From an uncultured Dehalococcoidia bacterium (lineage in GTDB: Bacteria > Chloroflexota > Dehalococcoidia > Lucifugimonadales > UBA1127), in contig CAZTCW010000036.1 in NCBI GenBank assembly GCA_964612825.1, positions 26,603 through 90,602 of the forward strand: a stretch of DNA of 64,000 nt, in the 5' to 3' direction. Positions within the stretch are counted from its first letter, which is position 1. The number at the start of each line of letters is the position of its first letter. Of the stretch, positions 37,852-46,726 are shown in pieces. Under the pieces are notes generated by a model, which searched no databases, was not told the origin of the DNA, and saw nothing but the letters and a program-made list of their open reading frames with translations. A program made the translations under genes and the position numbers.

Positions 37852-38709
37852 CTACTCCAAGGCAGTTCTTGCGGCTTCAAACATTATTTGTATCGGTGGT
37901 TCATAATTGGACCAAAGGCGGAAAGCAAGGGCTCCTTGGTGAACAAGCATTGGAAGGCCGGTCAGAGTTTGCGCCCCTGATTCGATGGCACCATTTAGTA
38001 ACGGAGTGAATAGTGGATTATAGACTAAATCACAGACTAACGAGGACTGTGGTATTAGGTGGGCTGGGATCGCCATTAGTGTTGGGCCTGGCCCTCCTAC
38101 CATACCGAGGGATGTACAGTTTACGATAAGATCCGGAGGGGATTTTGAAGAAAGGATTAATTCTAATTCTGTTCCTGTTGGGGAAACAAAGTCGATATTT
38201 TCATACCCCAGTGATTTAAGAGAAGCTCCAAGAATTTCTGCCCTGATATGAGTTCGATTGGCTAAAAGTAAATGAGAAATTTTATTCTTCAATAAATGAT
38301 ATGCAACGGCCTTGGCAGATCCTCCTGCCCCTATGATTAGCGTGGTTTTCCCCTCAGGATCGAATTCTCCTTCTTCTTTTAGGGCTCGGATGAATCCGGC
38401 GCCATCAGTATTGTGCCCAACAAGAGTACCGGCTTGGTTAATCACAGTATTTACTGCTCCAATATTCGTCGCTTCCTCTGTGATTTCATCAAGTTCCTTC
38501 ATTATCGATTCCTTGTAGGGGACTGTAACGTTGAATCCCAATACCTTGGATTGACGAAGGTTGAATACGGCTTCCTTTAGATGATTCGGCTCAATTTCCC
38601 AAACGTGATACCGAATATCCAGTTTATAATGGTCAAATGCAGCTTGTTGAAAAATAGGAGAGATGGAATGACCAATTGGGTACCCAATGATTCCTACTTC
38701 GGCCGTCAT
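37852..38709 (-). CDS. aroE: shikimate dehydrogenase
   Basis: 285 aa. GIIGYPIGHSISP, NVTVPYK and GAGGSAKA motifs. Confidence 0.92.
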   Translation of the reverse strand: MTAEVGIIGYPIGHSISPIFQQAAFDHYKLDIRYHVWEIEPNHLKEAVFNLRQSKVLGFNVTVPYKESIMKELDEITEEATNIGAVNTVINQAGTLVGHNTDGAGFIRALKEEGEFDPEGKTTLIIGAGGSAKAVAYHLLKNKISHLLLANRTHIRAEILGASLKSLGYENIDFVSPTGTELELILSSKSPPDLIVNCTSLGMVGGPGPTLMAIPAHLIPQSSLVCDLVYNPLFTPLLNGAIESGAQTLTGLPMLVHQGALAFRLWSNYEPPIQIMFEAARTALE

Positions 38710-39131
38710 GAAGAATGGTCTCCATGGGCGTTTAGGTAACTTTGAAGAATCAACGCAGCAGCCGCGGAATCAACCATTGATTTGATTCTGGATGGTTCAC
38801 TTCCAGCTTCTCTCAGTAATTTTTCAGCTTCCGCCGATGTAAAGCGCTCGTCCCATGTGTCGATTTGGATAGAGCACGATTTTTGAAGTAATTCCGCGAA
38901 TCCTAAAATCATCTCGCCTTGCTGCCAAATTTTTCCGTCTAGAGAGATTGGGAGTCCTACTACGATGGTACTGACTTCGTAGGTCCGAGCCAGTTCCAGG
39001 ACATTCTCGATATCTTTTTTTTGGTTTTTGTGCATAAGGGTAAGAAGAGGGGTGGCTAACAAGCCTAAAGGATCGCTTAAGGCTACGCCAATCCTTTTTG
39101 TGCCGATATCCAACCCTAGTAATCGTGTCAA
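38706..39131 (-). CDS. ruvX: putative pre-16S rRNA nuclease / Holliday-junction-resolvase-like YqgF
   Basis: 141 aa. LGLDIGTKRIGVALSD start and DERFTS motif. 4-nt overlaps with both alaS and aroE. Confidence 0.9.
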   Translation of the reverse strand: MTRLLGLDIGTKRIGVALSDPLGLLATPLLTLMHKNQKKDIENVLELARTYEVSTIVVGLPISLDGKIWQQGEMILGFAELLQKSCSIQIDTWDERFTSAEAEKLLREAGSEPSRIKSMVDSAAAALILQSYLNAHGDHSS

Positions 39132-42058
39132 TTCGTTACCATTCGCGACATCATTTTCAGTGCTTCGTTGAGTTTCTCTTCGTATTGTCCTCCGGCTTGG
39201 GCCATTTCAGGCTTTCCTCCTCCGCCTCCTCCAATAATTTCAGAACCGGTTTTTATGATTTCCTTCGCATCGAAGCCCTTGGAAACTTGGTCAGAGGTGA
39301 CCATTACAACCAGCATCGGCCGGCCTTTTATCACGCTCCCAAGGATAATAATTCCATTTTGCAGCTTATTCTTTAGGTAATCTCCAACTTCTCTGAGAGA
39401 TTCGCCTGAATTTACGTTTACGGCTGCACTTAGTACTAAAGAACCATCTATTTCAATAGCTTGATTAACTAGTGTTTCTGCGTCTCGAAGGGCTAAGCGT
39501 CGTTCAAGGGATTCATTCTTTTTTCGTTCGGAATCAAGTTCATTTAGAACCGATTTAATTTTCTCGTTAATCCCTTCATTTGGAGAGTCCAATGTCTTAG
39601 AAAGTTTTGACAGGGTTGTAAAATTATTTCTTGCTGTCGATTCAGAAGTTGATCCAGAGATCGCTTCAATTCTTCGCATGCCAGCGCCGATTGAATTCTC
39701 AGTAAGAATGAGGAAGAGCCCGAGTTCACCAGTACGGTAAAGGTGAGTACCTCCACACATCTCTTTACTAAAATACTCAGAGGACTCTCCTTGTTCCTCC
39801 CTGTTACTACCAATTCCCACCACCCGAACTTCGGCGCCATACTTATCGCCAAAGAATGAAAGAGCCCCTTCATTTATCGCATCTGAATATCTTGTTTCTT
39901 TCATTTCTACAGGGGTATCATTCCGTACTTGTTCGTTCACAAGTTGTTCTACTTGTTGTAATTCCTCGTCTGTAAGCGGTTTTGTGTGGGTGAAATCGAA
40001 TCGTATTTTGTCCGATGTCACCAATGAGCCTGCTTGATGTACATGGTGGCCTAATACGCTCCGTAATGCAGCATGAAGTAAATGAGTTCCGGTGTGATTG
40101 GAGGCTATTTTTTGACGTTCCGACGCATTTACTTTGGACTGGACCGTCTCTCCTTTGGAAAGAGTACCGCTGGAAATGATCCCTTTATGGATAATTAGTC
40201 CCGAGATTGGGCTTTGGGTGTCAATTACTTCCATTGAGCCTCGTGGGCCGATAATCAATCCTCTATCCCCAATTTGGCCGCCACCTTCTGGATAAAATGG
40301 GGTTTCTTGTAAAACAATTTCAGCATGCTGTCCAGTTTGGATGTTCTCACATACGGCGCCATCTAGGAAAATCCCAATGATAGATGATTCACCAGATATT
40401 TGGTCGTACCCGATAAATTTCGAATTATTAAAATTGAGTGATTCATACTGGAATATCTTCGCCGAACTGGGCCCAGTATATTTCGATGCTCCTAAACGGC
40501 TTCTAGATTGCTGTAATGACATTTCCTCAGAAAATTCTTCCAGATTAGTTTTAAGACCGAACCCCGCGCCTATTTCTTGGGTGAGTTCTGGCGGAAAGCC
40601 AAATGTGTCATAGAGAAGAAAGGCGGCTTTTCCTGAAATAGATAGAATCTTTGTTTCGAGATTAATTATTGATATCTGCGGATTGTTTTTAGTTAACGTC
40701 GATAAGGTTAATTCTTCTTGAAGTGGGGTAAGATAAGCAGTTGCGACAGACTCAGGAATCCTTCCAGAACTATTGAAGAGATCGAGAAGTTTGAGGATGT
40801 CAGAGGGTTTTTTAGAGACTAGAGATTTAACGCTCTCCAATAAATCTTGCGCTTCCGATCCAAGGATCTCCATGGTGTGAATACCCCAATCTAAAGTGGA
40901 ATAAAATCGATCCTCTTCATTTGTAATGACTTCTAAAATGTGGTTCCTGTTAATTGTTAATTCCGGGTAGGTCCCGCCAAATTGGTTGATTACGGTATTT
41001 ACTACCTGAGGAAGCAAAGGACTATTAGACGAGGGGTAATTTAACTTGTTCCGAGCATAAAAGGCAGCTCTACGGAGTAATCGTTTCAACACATATCCCC
41101 TATCATCGTTTCCTGGGATTACTCCATCTGCGATTAAAAATGCAGCCCCTCGTGAGTGTTCTGCGACTACCCTGATTCCTTTATCGATTGCCGTGTCTAC
41201 CCCGTATTTATTTCCCGTAAGGGAACAGACTGTTTGGATAATGGGACGGAATAGATCTGTCTCATAAACGTTTTTTACTCTTTGGCTGATAACAGAGACC
41301 CGCTCAAGGCCCATCCCAGTGTCGATGTTTGGCGACGGTAATGTGGACAATTCCTTCTCCTGATTTTGGAAAAAGCCCATAAAAACGAGGTTCCATAACT
41401 CTATGAATCGTTCACAGTTATCGCAATTAGGGTGACATCCCGGCTGATCAAATTCGGTAGGGGAATCCGCTCTATTTACCTCCCAGAGTTTAATTTGTTC
41501 GGGTGAAGCGATCGGTGCACAACCCAAAGTTTGACCAAAATCGTAATGGATTTCAGAGCAGGGGCCACATGGTCCTTCTAATCCAGGAGGTCCCCACCAA
41601 TTGTCTTTTTTGCCGTACCGGTAGATACGTTCGACCGGTATTTTTATTTTGTCTTTCCATAATGAGAAAGCTTCGTCATCTTCTAGGTATACCGTCACCC
41701 ATAATCTGGTTGATTCTAGCCCGAGTTTGGCGGTGAGAAATTCCCATGCGAATTCTATGGCGCTTTCTTTGAAGTAGTCACCGACTGAAAAATTCCCTAA
41801 CATTTCAAAAAAAGTAAGATGTTTATGGTCCCCTATGGTACTTATATCGGTAGTCCTAAAACATTTTTGAGAAGATGTGAGGCGATTTGAAGGAGGGGTA
41901 GCTTCTCCAAGGAAGTAAGGCTTAATTTGAACCATTCCAGCGGTGGTTAAGAGGAGTGTAGGATCTCCTGAGGGGATCAGTGAGGAGCTTGGGATCCGAA
42001 GATGTTTTTTGGATTCAAAAAACTCAAGAAACATCTCTCTTAATTCGTTACTGTTCAT
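39128..42058 (-). CDS. alaS: alanine--tRNA ligase (with about 65-aa insertion)
   Basis: 976 aa. FFESKKH, class II core, editing-domain HTGTHLLH and the C-terminal DHHA1 GGGGGKPEMAQAGG. Extra segment between the aminoacylation and tRNA-recognition regions (aa about 400-465). Confidence 0.95.
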   Translation of the reverse strand: MNSNELREMFLEFFESKKHLRIPSSSLIPSGDPTLLLTTAGMVQIKPYFLGEATPPSNRLTSSQKCFRTTDISTIGDHKHLTFFEMLGNFSVGDYFKESAIEFAWEFLTAKLGLESTRLWVTVYLEDDEAFSLWKDKIKIPVERIYRYGKKDNWWGPPGLEGPCGPCSEIHYDFGQTLGCAPIASPEQIKLWEVNRADSPTEFDQPGCHPNCDNCERFIELWNLVFMGFFQNQEKELSTLPSPNIDTGMGLERVSVISQRVKNVYETDLFRPIIQTVCSLTGNKYGVDTAIDKGIRVVAEHSRGAAFLIADGVIPGNDDRGYVLKRLLRRAAFYARNKLNYPSSNSPLLPQVVNTVINQFGGTYPELTINRNHILEVITNEEDRFYSTLDWGIHTMEILGSEAQDLLESVKSLVSKKPSDILKLLDLFNSSGRIPESVATAYLTPLQEELTLSTLTKNNPQISIINLETKILSISGKAAFLLYDTFGFPPELTQEIGAGFGLKTNLEEFSEEMSLQQSRSRLGASKYTGPSSAKIFQYESLNFNNSKFIGYDQISGESSIIGIFLDGAVCENIQTGQHAEIVLQETPFYPEGGGQIGDRGLIIGPRGSMEVIDTQSPISGLIIHKGIISSGTLSKGETVQSKVNASERQKIASNHTGTHLLHAALRSVLGHHVHQAGSLVTSDKIRFDFTHTKPLTDEELQQVEQLVNEQVRNDTPVEMKETRYSDAINEGALSFFGDKYGAEVRVVGIGSNREEQGESSEYFSKEMCGGTHLYRTGELGLFLILTENSIGAGMRRIEAISGSTSESTARNNFTTLSKLSKTLDSPNEGINEKIKSVLNELDSERKKNESLERRLALRDAETLVNQAIEIDGSLVLSAAVNVNSGESLREVGDYLKNKLQNGIIILGSVIKGRPMLVVMVTSDQVSKGFDAKEIIKTGSEIIGGGGGGKPEMAQAGGQYEEKLNEALKMMSRMVTN

Positions 42059-42142
42059 AACGGTTTAGCCTCGATGAATCAACACAATCGTAGATTAGTG
42101 TATCCAGTGTCAAGAATCGATGTCAACGATCTTTACAAGAGA

Positions 42143-43447
42143 TTAAACTTCTCGCTCGAGAGACTCCCATTGTGGCCTGCGGATCAATGATAGCCAAATG
42201 CTGCCTGTAGCTCCAATAATCGCGACAATGATGTAGCCTAAACGGTAGTTTCCACGGATGTCGAATAACGCCCCCATAAATAATGGGGCAAGGAAGGTAG
42301 CCGGAAGTAAGAGAGCTTGTCGTAGGCCACGAATGGTAGAATAGCGTTTGGTGCCGAAGTAGTCAGCAACTATCGAATCTCGACCGATTACAATGGCGGC
42401 ATGAGAAATTCCTTGTGTTATAAGATAAATTGGAGCCAGCCAAATATTTTCAGGTGACAGGAATGCAAAGCTGATAATTCCGACTGTCTGGAAAAGATAA
42501 CTAGAAATGTAGATTCTTCGTCGCCCTATCCTGTCTGATAAAACCCCAACTCCATATCTAAGAACTACTTGGAGTAACCCATATATCCCTACGATAGTGG
42601 TAGCAGCTTGCAAAGAAAACCCCGAGGTTTGCATGTGTGGAATATTAAAGGTTACCCACGGCCCATGAGAGAAACCCTCTACTCCGGCGGCCAACAGCAT
42701 TAAATAGAATGCAGGAACCCGAAGGACTTCGCGAACCTCCATCCCCGAGTCTAGGTCTTTTTGAGGTGACGCAACCAATGTTTGATTGGTTCGCTTTTGA
42801 GAAGCTGATCCCAATGAAGAAACGGTAGTATGGTTTTCCGATGATTCAGGTTTATCGCGTACGACAAAAGCTAATGGAACTCCAACCACAAGAATTACTA
42901 ACCCTGAAATAAATAATGTTTCCCTCCAGCCTACAGCTGCTAATAAAGATGCCATGACTAACGGGGCGAAATAGCCCAAAGCATTACCAGTGTTCATCAA
43001 TCCTATCGCTTGTCCTCGTTTTTTCTGAAACCAATTCATTACAGCCCGCGTGAATGAGGGTAACCCTCCTACGCTCTGTCCAAGAGCTAAAGTTGCTGAG
43101 GCAAGGTAGTAGGTTGAAAGACTATTCACTTGAGAAAAAAGAAACAGTCCCACCGCCATTAATGAAGTGCCTAGGACTGTCGCTTTTCGAGCACCAATAC
43201 GGTCTATAAGATAACCAGTGAACGGAGAAAGCAAACCGGTTTCGAAGCTCCGTATTGAAAAACCGAGTGCGATTGCCTTAATACTCCATCCGAACTCCGA
43301 TCGGAATTCCTCAACAAATATCCCTAATCCCCACGCTAAAATTCCGATCGTAAAGAGGTTTGAAACGGCTCCAGCCCCTACGATATACCAACCGTAGAAC
43401 AACTTTTTGTCTTCAGCTTGGTTTGGGGGTATTAATTGTTGGTTCAT
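42143..43447 (-). CDS. MFS transporter
   Basis: 434 aa, about 12 hydrophobic helices. N-terminal LFYGWYIVGAGAV motif, paralogous in style to 9846..11198. Confidence 0.8.
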   Translation of the reverse strand: MNQQLIPPNQAEDKKLFYGWYIVGAGAVSNLFTIGILAWGLGIFVEEFRSEFGWSIKAIALGFSIRSFETGLLSPFTGYLIDRIGARKATVLGTSLMAVGLFLFSQVNSLSTYYLASATLALGQSVGGLPSFTRAVMNWFQKKRGQAIGLMNTGNALGYFAPLVMASLLAAVGWRETLFISGLVILVVGVPLAFVVRDKPESSENHTTVSSLGSASQKRTNQTLVASPQKDLDSGMEVREVLRVPAFYLMLLAAGVEGFSHGPWVTFNIPHMQTSGFSLQAATTIVGIYGLLQVVLRYGVGVLSDRIGRRRIYISSYLFQTVGIISFAFLSPENIWLAPIYLITQGISHAAIVIGRDSIVADYFGTKRYSTIRGLRQALLLPATFLAPLFMGALFDIRGNYRLGYIIVAIIGATGSIWLSLIRRPQWESLEREV

Positions 43448-43611
43448 GAAGATTCCCGTTTGAATCTATAGGATTGTTTACCATCCCTAATTTTCTTTAC
43501 GGAGAGAACACTTCTCAGGGATAATTCGAGGAGGACTAGACTCCATCGTAGCATAGCATATTGGCAGTGGATCTGTGTGGGTGAGTCATTCAAAGAGATT
43601 TGAGGAAAGCA

Positions 43612-43902
43612 ATGATCAAACAAAGTTGGGTTTTACTTGGGTTCTCATCTATTGGTTTTTTTGGGGTGAACGTAGTTTATCTCTATTGGCAGATCGTTGA
43701 ATTTAGCTGGCAAGCGTTTTCCAAAAACACGATAGGGATTGCATTATTTAGTGAGGTGTTTTTGGTAACGATTTTACTTGCTCTTTATTTCAAACGATAT
43801 CCAATTGGACCATACAAATGGTATTGGTTTATTTTATTATCGATTATCGGAAGTTTGTTATTTGGATTACCGTTTTATTACTGGTTAAATAAAAGAAAAT
43901 AA
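43612..43902 (+). CDS. small integral membrane protein (hypothetical)
   Basis: About 96 aa, three hydrophobic helices. Start moved to ATG 43612 (GAGGAAAG SD). The ORF-track TTG at 43600 lies inside the SD. Confidence 0.5.
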   Translation: MIKQSWVLLGFSSIGFFGVNVVYLYWQIVEFSWQAFSKNTIGIALFSEVFLVTILLALYFKRYPIGPYKWYWFILLSIIGSLLFGLPFYYWLNKRK

Positions 43903-44094
43903 TATTGAGCCCTCCAATTTCCAGGACTAGAGGGGTACGTGTCAAATATGGTTTGTTTTGGGCCGGGTAAGTTTTGACGAATTACCTCCATCTTGTAAAA
44001 ATATCTTCGTCATACCATACTTTTTGGAGTCTCCGAAATCATTGTGCGACGTCAAGAAAATCTGGAAATCCTGTAATTTTATTGGGGGTGTGAA

Positions 44095-45120
44095 ATGGAA
44101 TTCATTGATTTACGAAGCGATACATTTACCCAACCCACGGTTGAGATGCGTAAGGCCATGGCTGAAGCTGAGTGTGGGGACGATGTTTGGGATGAAGATA
44201 TAACAGTCAAACACTTGGAAGGTCTAGCCGCTGAAAAAACGGGGAAAGACTCCGCGATATTCACCGCGAGTGGGACAATGAGTAATTTGATAGCAATATT
44301 AACTTGGTGTGACAGGGGAACAGAAATAGTTGTTGGGGATCAAGCGCATATATTTTGGAATGAGGGTGGAGGGGTTTCCGCGTTGGGAGGAGTTTCCGTT
44401 CGTACCGTTCCAAATACGCCAAGAGGAGGGATGGATCCTCTTGACGTAGAAGAGGCGATACGACGACAAAACATTACATCTATGATTGGGCTGGAAAATA
44501 CTCATAATCGGGGTAGCGGGGGCGTTCTCACCATGGATGAGACCGAATCAATTGCGAAAATTGGGCGAGCCAAAGGAATACCTATCCATCTCGATGGAGC
44601 TCGGATTTTTAATGCATCTGTGGCATTGAATGTTCCCGTTAAGGATCTGTGTTCTCCAGTGGATTCCGTATCATTTTGTCTGTCTAAGGGATTAAGTGCT
44701 CCTATCGGTTCACTCTTGTGCGGAAGTAAGGAATTTGTCGATGATGCTAGGAAATGGCGAAAAATGGTTGGAGGTGGGATGAGACAGGTTGGAGTGATTG
44801 CTTCTGCGGGCCTAGTGGCTTTGGATACCATGGTAGAGCGATTAGCTGAAGATCACGCAAACGCTAACTCCTTGGCTCAAGGACTTTCAGGCGTTACTGG
44901 AATTAACTTAAATACCGATTTGATTGAAAGTAATATCGTCATTTTTGAATGGATGCTCGGGCCAACCCTCGAATTTATTGAGAGGTTAAGCCAAAAAGGA
45001 TTAAAAGCCTCATATGTTGGCGGGCAAAAAATTAGAATGGTTACCCATGTGGGTATATCCACGGAGGATATCGATAGAGCAATTAGGATCGTCAGAGAAA
45101 CCGCTAACATGCCCCTCTAA
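44095..45120 (+). CDS. ltaE: low-specificity L-threonine aldolase
   Basis: 341 aa. DLRSDTFTQPT start and a PLP-fold with the SFCLSKGLSAPIGS lysine region. Confidence 0.88.
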   Translation: MEFIDLRSDTFTQPTVEMRKAMAEAECGDDVWDEDITVKHLEGLAAEKTGKDSAIFTASGTMSNLIAILTWCDRGTEIVVGDQAHIFWNEGGGVSALGGVSVRTVPNTPRGGMDPLDVEEAIRRQNITSMIGLENTHNRGSGGVLTMDETESIAKIGRAKGIPIHLDGARIFNASVALNVPVKDLCSPVDSVSFCLSKGLSAPIGSLLCGSKEFVDDARKWRKMVGGGMRQVGVIASAGLVALDTMVERLAEDHANANSLAQGLSGVTGINLNTDLIESNIVIFEWMLGPTLEFIERLSQKGLKASYVGGQKIRMVTHVGISTEDIDRAIRIVRETANMPL

Positions 45121-45149
45121 TCGGTTTGATTAATGCAATGTAGAGGGGC
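45111..45149. terminator. bidirectional terminator-like hairpin between convergent ltaE and bioY
   Basis: GCCCCTCTA (45111-45119) pairs with TAGAGGGGC (45141-45149), 21-nt loop, followed on the + strand by GTTGTTTTAT. Confidence 0.5.
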
Positions 45150-45155
45150 GTTGTT

Positions 45156-45872
45156 TTATCTTCCCTGATCGAGAGGGCGAAATCTGTTTACAAGAGTCCA
45201 AGCCGTGGGAAGGGCTAGCGAAGCAAGGAAAAGCTTCATAAAATCACCCACTATGAAAGGATAAAGACCCCCTTTAAGCGCTTTATCCCATGTTCCGGTC
45301 CCGGCGATGAGATCGGAAAGCGGTTGTCCAACTGGGTGAACCCAACCACTCCCAATAAGATAGGCCAGCCATAGTATACCTGGGACATAAAGAAGAACGT
45401 TTCCTGCAAACATACTAAATAAGAGCCAGGGTTTTTGATCCCATTGGCGTTGGGCAGTGTACCCAATCAGGGCAGCTGCTAATATGAATCCAACAATATA
45501 CCCACCGCTTGACAGGTCCCAAGGCGACCCAGAACTTCCGCTCCATGGCAAGATGAAGTGAAGATCCCAAGCACCAGCTGTAGCTCCGGATCCTGGGGCG
45601 AATACCGGAAGGCCAACCATTCCAAAGACCATGTATGTTGAAAGGGCTCCTGCACCTCGCCATAATCCTAGGGACCCGCCTGTGACCAGCACTCCAAAAG
45701 TTTGACCGGTTATAGGTACTGTTGTCCAAGGCAGCCGGATGGTAATTTGGGCACATATTGCTACAAATCCAGCAAAGGCGAGGATTAGAATAACGTTTCT
45801 AACTAAATCTTTTTGTAATATTCCAAATCGGGGCCACAAAGCATCGGCGAGGGTAAGAGCTCCAGTTTGCAT
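45156..45872 (-). CDS. bioY: biotin transporter BioY (ECF S-component type)
   Basis: VPITGQTFGVL and GGYIVGFILAA motifs. Start moved to ATG 45872 (MQTGALTLADAL). Contains an extra Gly/Ser/Trp-rich loop (GSGATAGAWDLHFILPWSGSSGSPWDLSS). Confidence 0.8.
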   Translation of the reverse strand: MQTGALTLADALWPRFGILQKDLVRNVILILAFAGFVAICAQITIRLPWTTVPITGQTFGVLVTGGSLGLWRGAGALSTYMVFGMVGLPVFAPGSGATAGAWDLHFILPWSGSSGSPWDLSSGGYIVGFILAAALIGYTAQRQWDQKPWLLFSMFAGNVLLYVPGILWLAYLIGSGWVHPVGQPLSDLIAGTGTWDKALKGGLYPFIVGDFMKLFLASLALPTAWTLVNRFRPLDQGR

Positions 45873-45941
45873 AATTGGTATATAACCTCCAAAGATTAAG
45901 AAAATTTTACCTTCCATAATTAAGAATGTCAAAATGAAGGG

Positions 45942-46445
45942 TTAAAGGAATCTTTTTTCCATATCCAATAGGTTGGATTTCATAGCTAGTCCACCACCAT
46001 ACTGGTGAAGTGAACCGTTTCCTAGAATCACTCGGTGGCAGGGGACGATTATTGGGAAAGGATTCTTAGCCATCGCCTGTCCCGCAGCTCTGGCAGCCCT
46101 TGGGTTTCCACATTGCTTGGCAACCCATCCATAACTTCTTTTTTCACCGAAGGGAATTTCTAAGCAGGAATTCCATGCTTTGATGAAAAAGGCTGGGTAA
46201 TGGGAAAAATCTAACGGTATGTGCGAATTTATTGGGTTTCCGAGAAAGTATTGCTGGATTAAGTCAATAACTTGGTCAAGATTCTGGGATGAACGGGTCA
46301 TAGTGGCTGCATTAATACCCAATAGTTCTAATGATTCTTTTTCGTTTTCCCTGGGAAGCGAAATCCGTCGGATTCCTTTTTCTGAGGTCAATATTCCGAC
46401 CCATCCCCAGCCAGTTTTAAAGGTGTCAAACCAAGTGTTCGGCAC
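45942..46445 (-). CDS. ogt: methylated-DNA--protein-cysteine methyltransferase
   Basis: 167 aa. Active site IIVPCHRVI (PCHR). GTG start with AGGAA SD. Confidence 0.9.
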   Translation of the reverse strand: MPNTWFDTFKTGWGWVGILTSEKGIRRISLPRENEKESLELLGINAATMTRSSQNLDQVIDLIQQYFLGNPINSHIPLDFSHYPAFFIKAWNSCLEIPFGEKRSYGWVAKQCGNPRAARAAGQAMAKNPFPIIVPCHRVILGNGSLHQYGGGLAMKSNLLDMEKRFL

Positions 46446-46522
46446 GGGAATTCCTAACGTTTATCTTATTTGGATAGATTTTCTCATAAGTATGTTGGTA
46501 CAGACAAATGGAGAGTTAAAAT

Positions 46523-46567
46523 GACCATGAGCAATCGTATTTCCCGGAAATACGATTGCTCATGGTC
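46523..46567. repeat. 45-nt perfect palindrome (22-bp arms around a single central C)
   Basis: GACCATGAGCAATCGTATTTCC (46523-46544) - C - GGAAATACGATTGCTCATGGTC (46546-46567). The arms are exact reverse complements. Confidence 0.9.
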
Positions 46568-46578
46568 TCTACTGTCGT

Positions 46579-46607
46579 TAGATAATCCTGATGGATGTTG
46601 TTTGTAA
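46579..46607 (-). promoter_or_regulatory. possible ogt promoter (TTACAA-N17-TATCTA)
   Basis: On the minus strand, hexamers at 46602-46607 and 46579-46584 have a 17-nt spacer. The predicted start would make the 45-nt palindrome the 5' end of the ogt mRNA. Confidence 0.3.
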
Positions 46608-46625
46608 TCACAGTACGTGTTCAGG

Positions 46626-46654
46626 TTGACACTAATTAAGTCGTTAATTACCAT
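46626..46654 (+). promoter_or_regulatory. sigma70-like promoter TTGACA-N17-TACCAT upstream of mtnA
   Basis: TTGACA (46626-46631) and TACCAT (46649-46654), exact 17-nt spacer. This is the same hexamer pair as the tRNA-Arg promoter at 5940-5968. It implies a leader of about 190 nt before the mtnA ATG. Confidence 0.5.
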
Positions 46655-46677
46655 GGATCAGTCAGAATTTTTGGGGG

Positions 46678-46726
46678 AACCATAATAATCCATAAACCGG
46701 AATCCGGACAGGATCCTTGGTTTTTT
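46678..46726 (+). terminator. terminator/attenuator-like imperfect hairpin plus U6 inside the mtnA leader
   Basis: Three stacked helices: AACCA/TGGTT (46678-82 / 46718-22), ATCC/GGAT (46688-91 / 46711-14) and CCGG/CCGG (46697-700 / 46704-07), then TTTTTT (46721-46726). Starts about 20 nt after the predicted TSS. Confidence 0.4.

Noticed and set aside
43958-44203. 81-aa ORF overlapping the ltaE start
   Set aside because: Different frame from ltaE, whose N-terminus (MEFIDLRSDTFTQPT) is canonical. The region more likely holds the ltaE promoter (TTGACG-N16-TAAAAA).
46521-46607. 28-codon mini-ORF (MTMSNRISRKYDCSWSLLSLDNPDGCCL) with a good SD, possible leader peptide or RiPP precursor
   Set aside because: Fifteen of its codons lie within a perfect 45-nt palindrome, which points to nucleic-acid-level selection. 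No adjacent modification or maturation genes. Kept only as a remote possibility.
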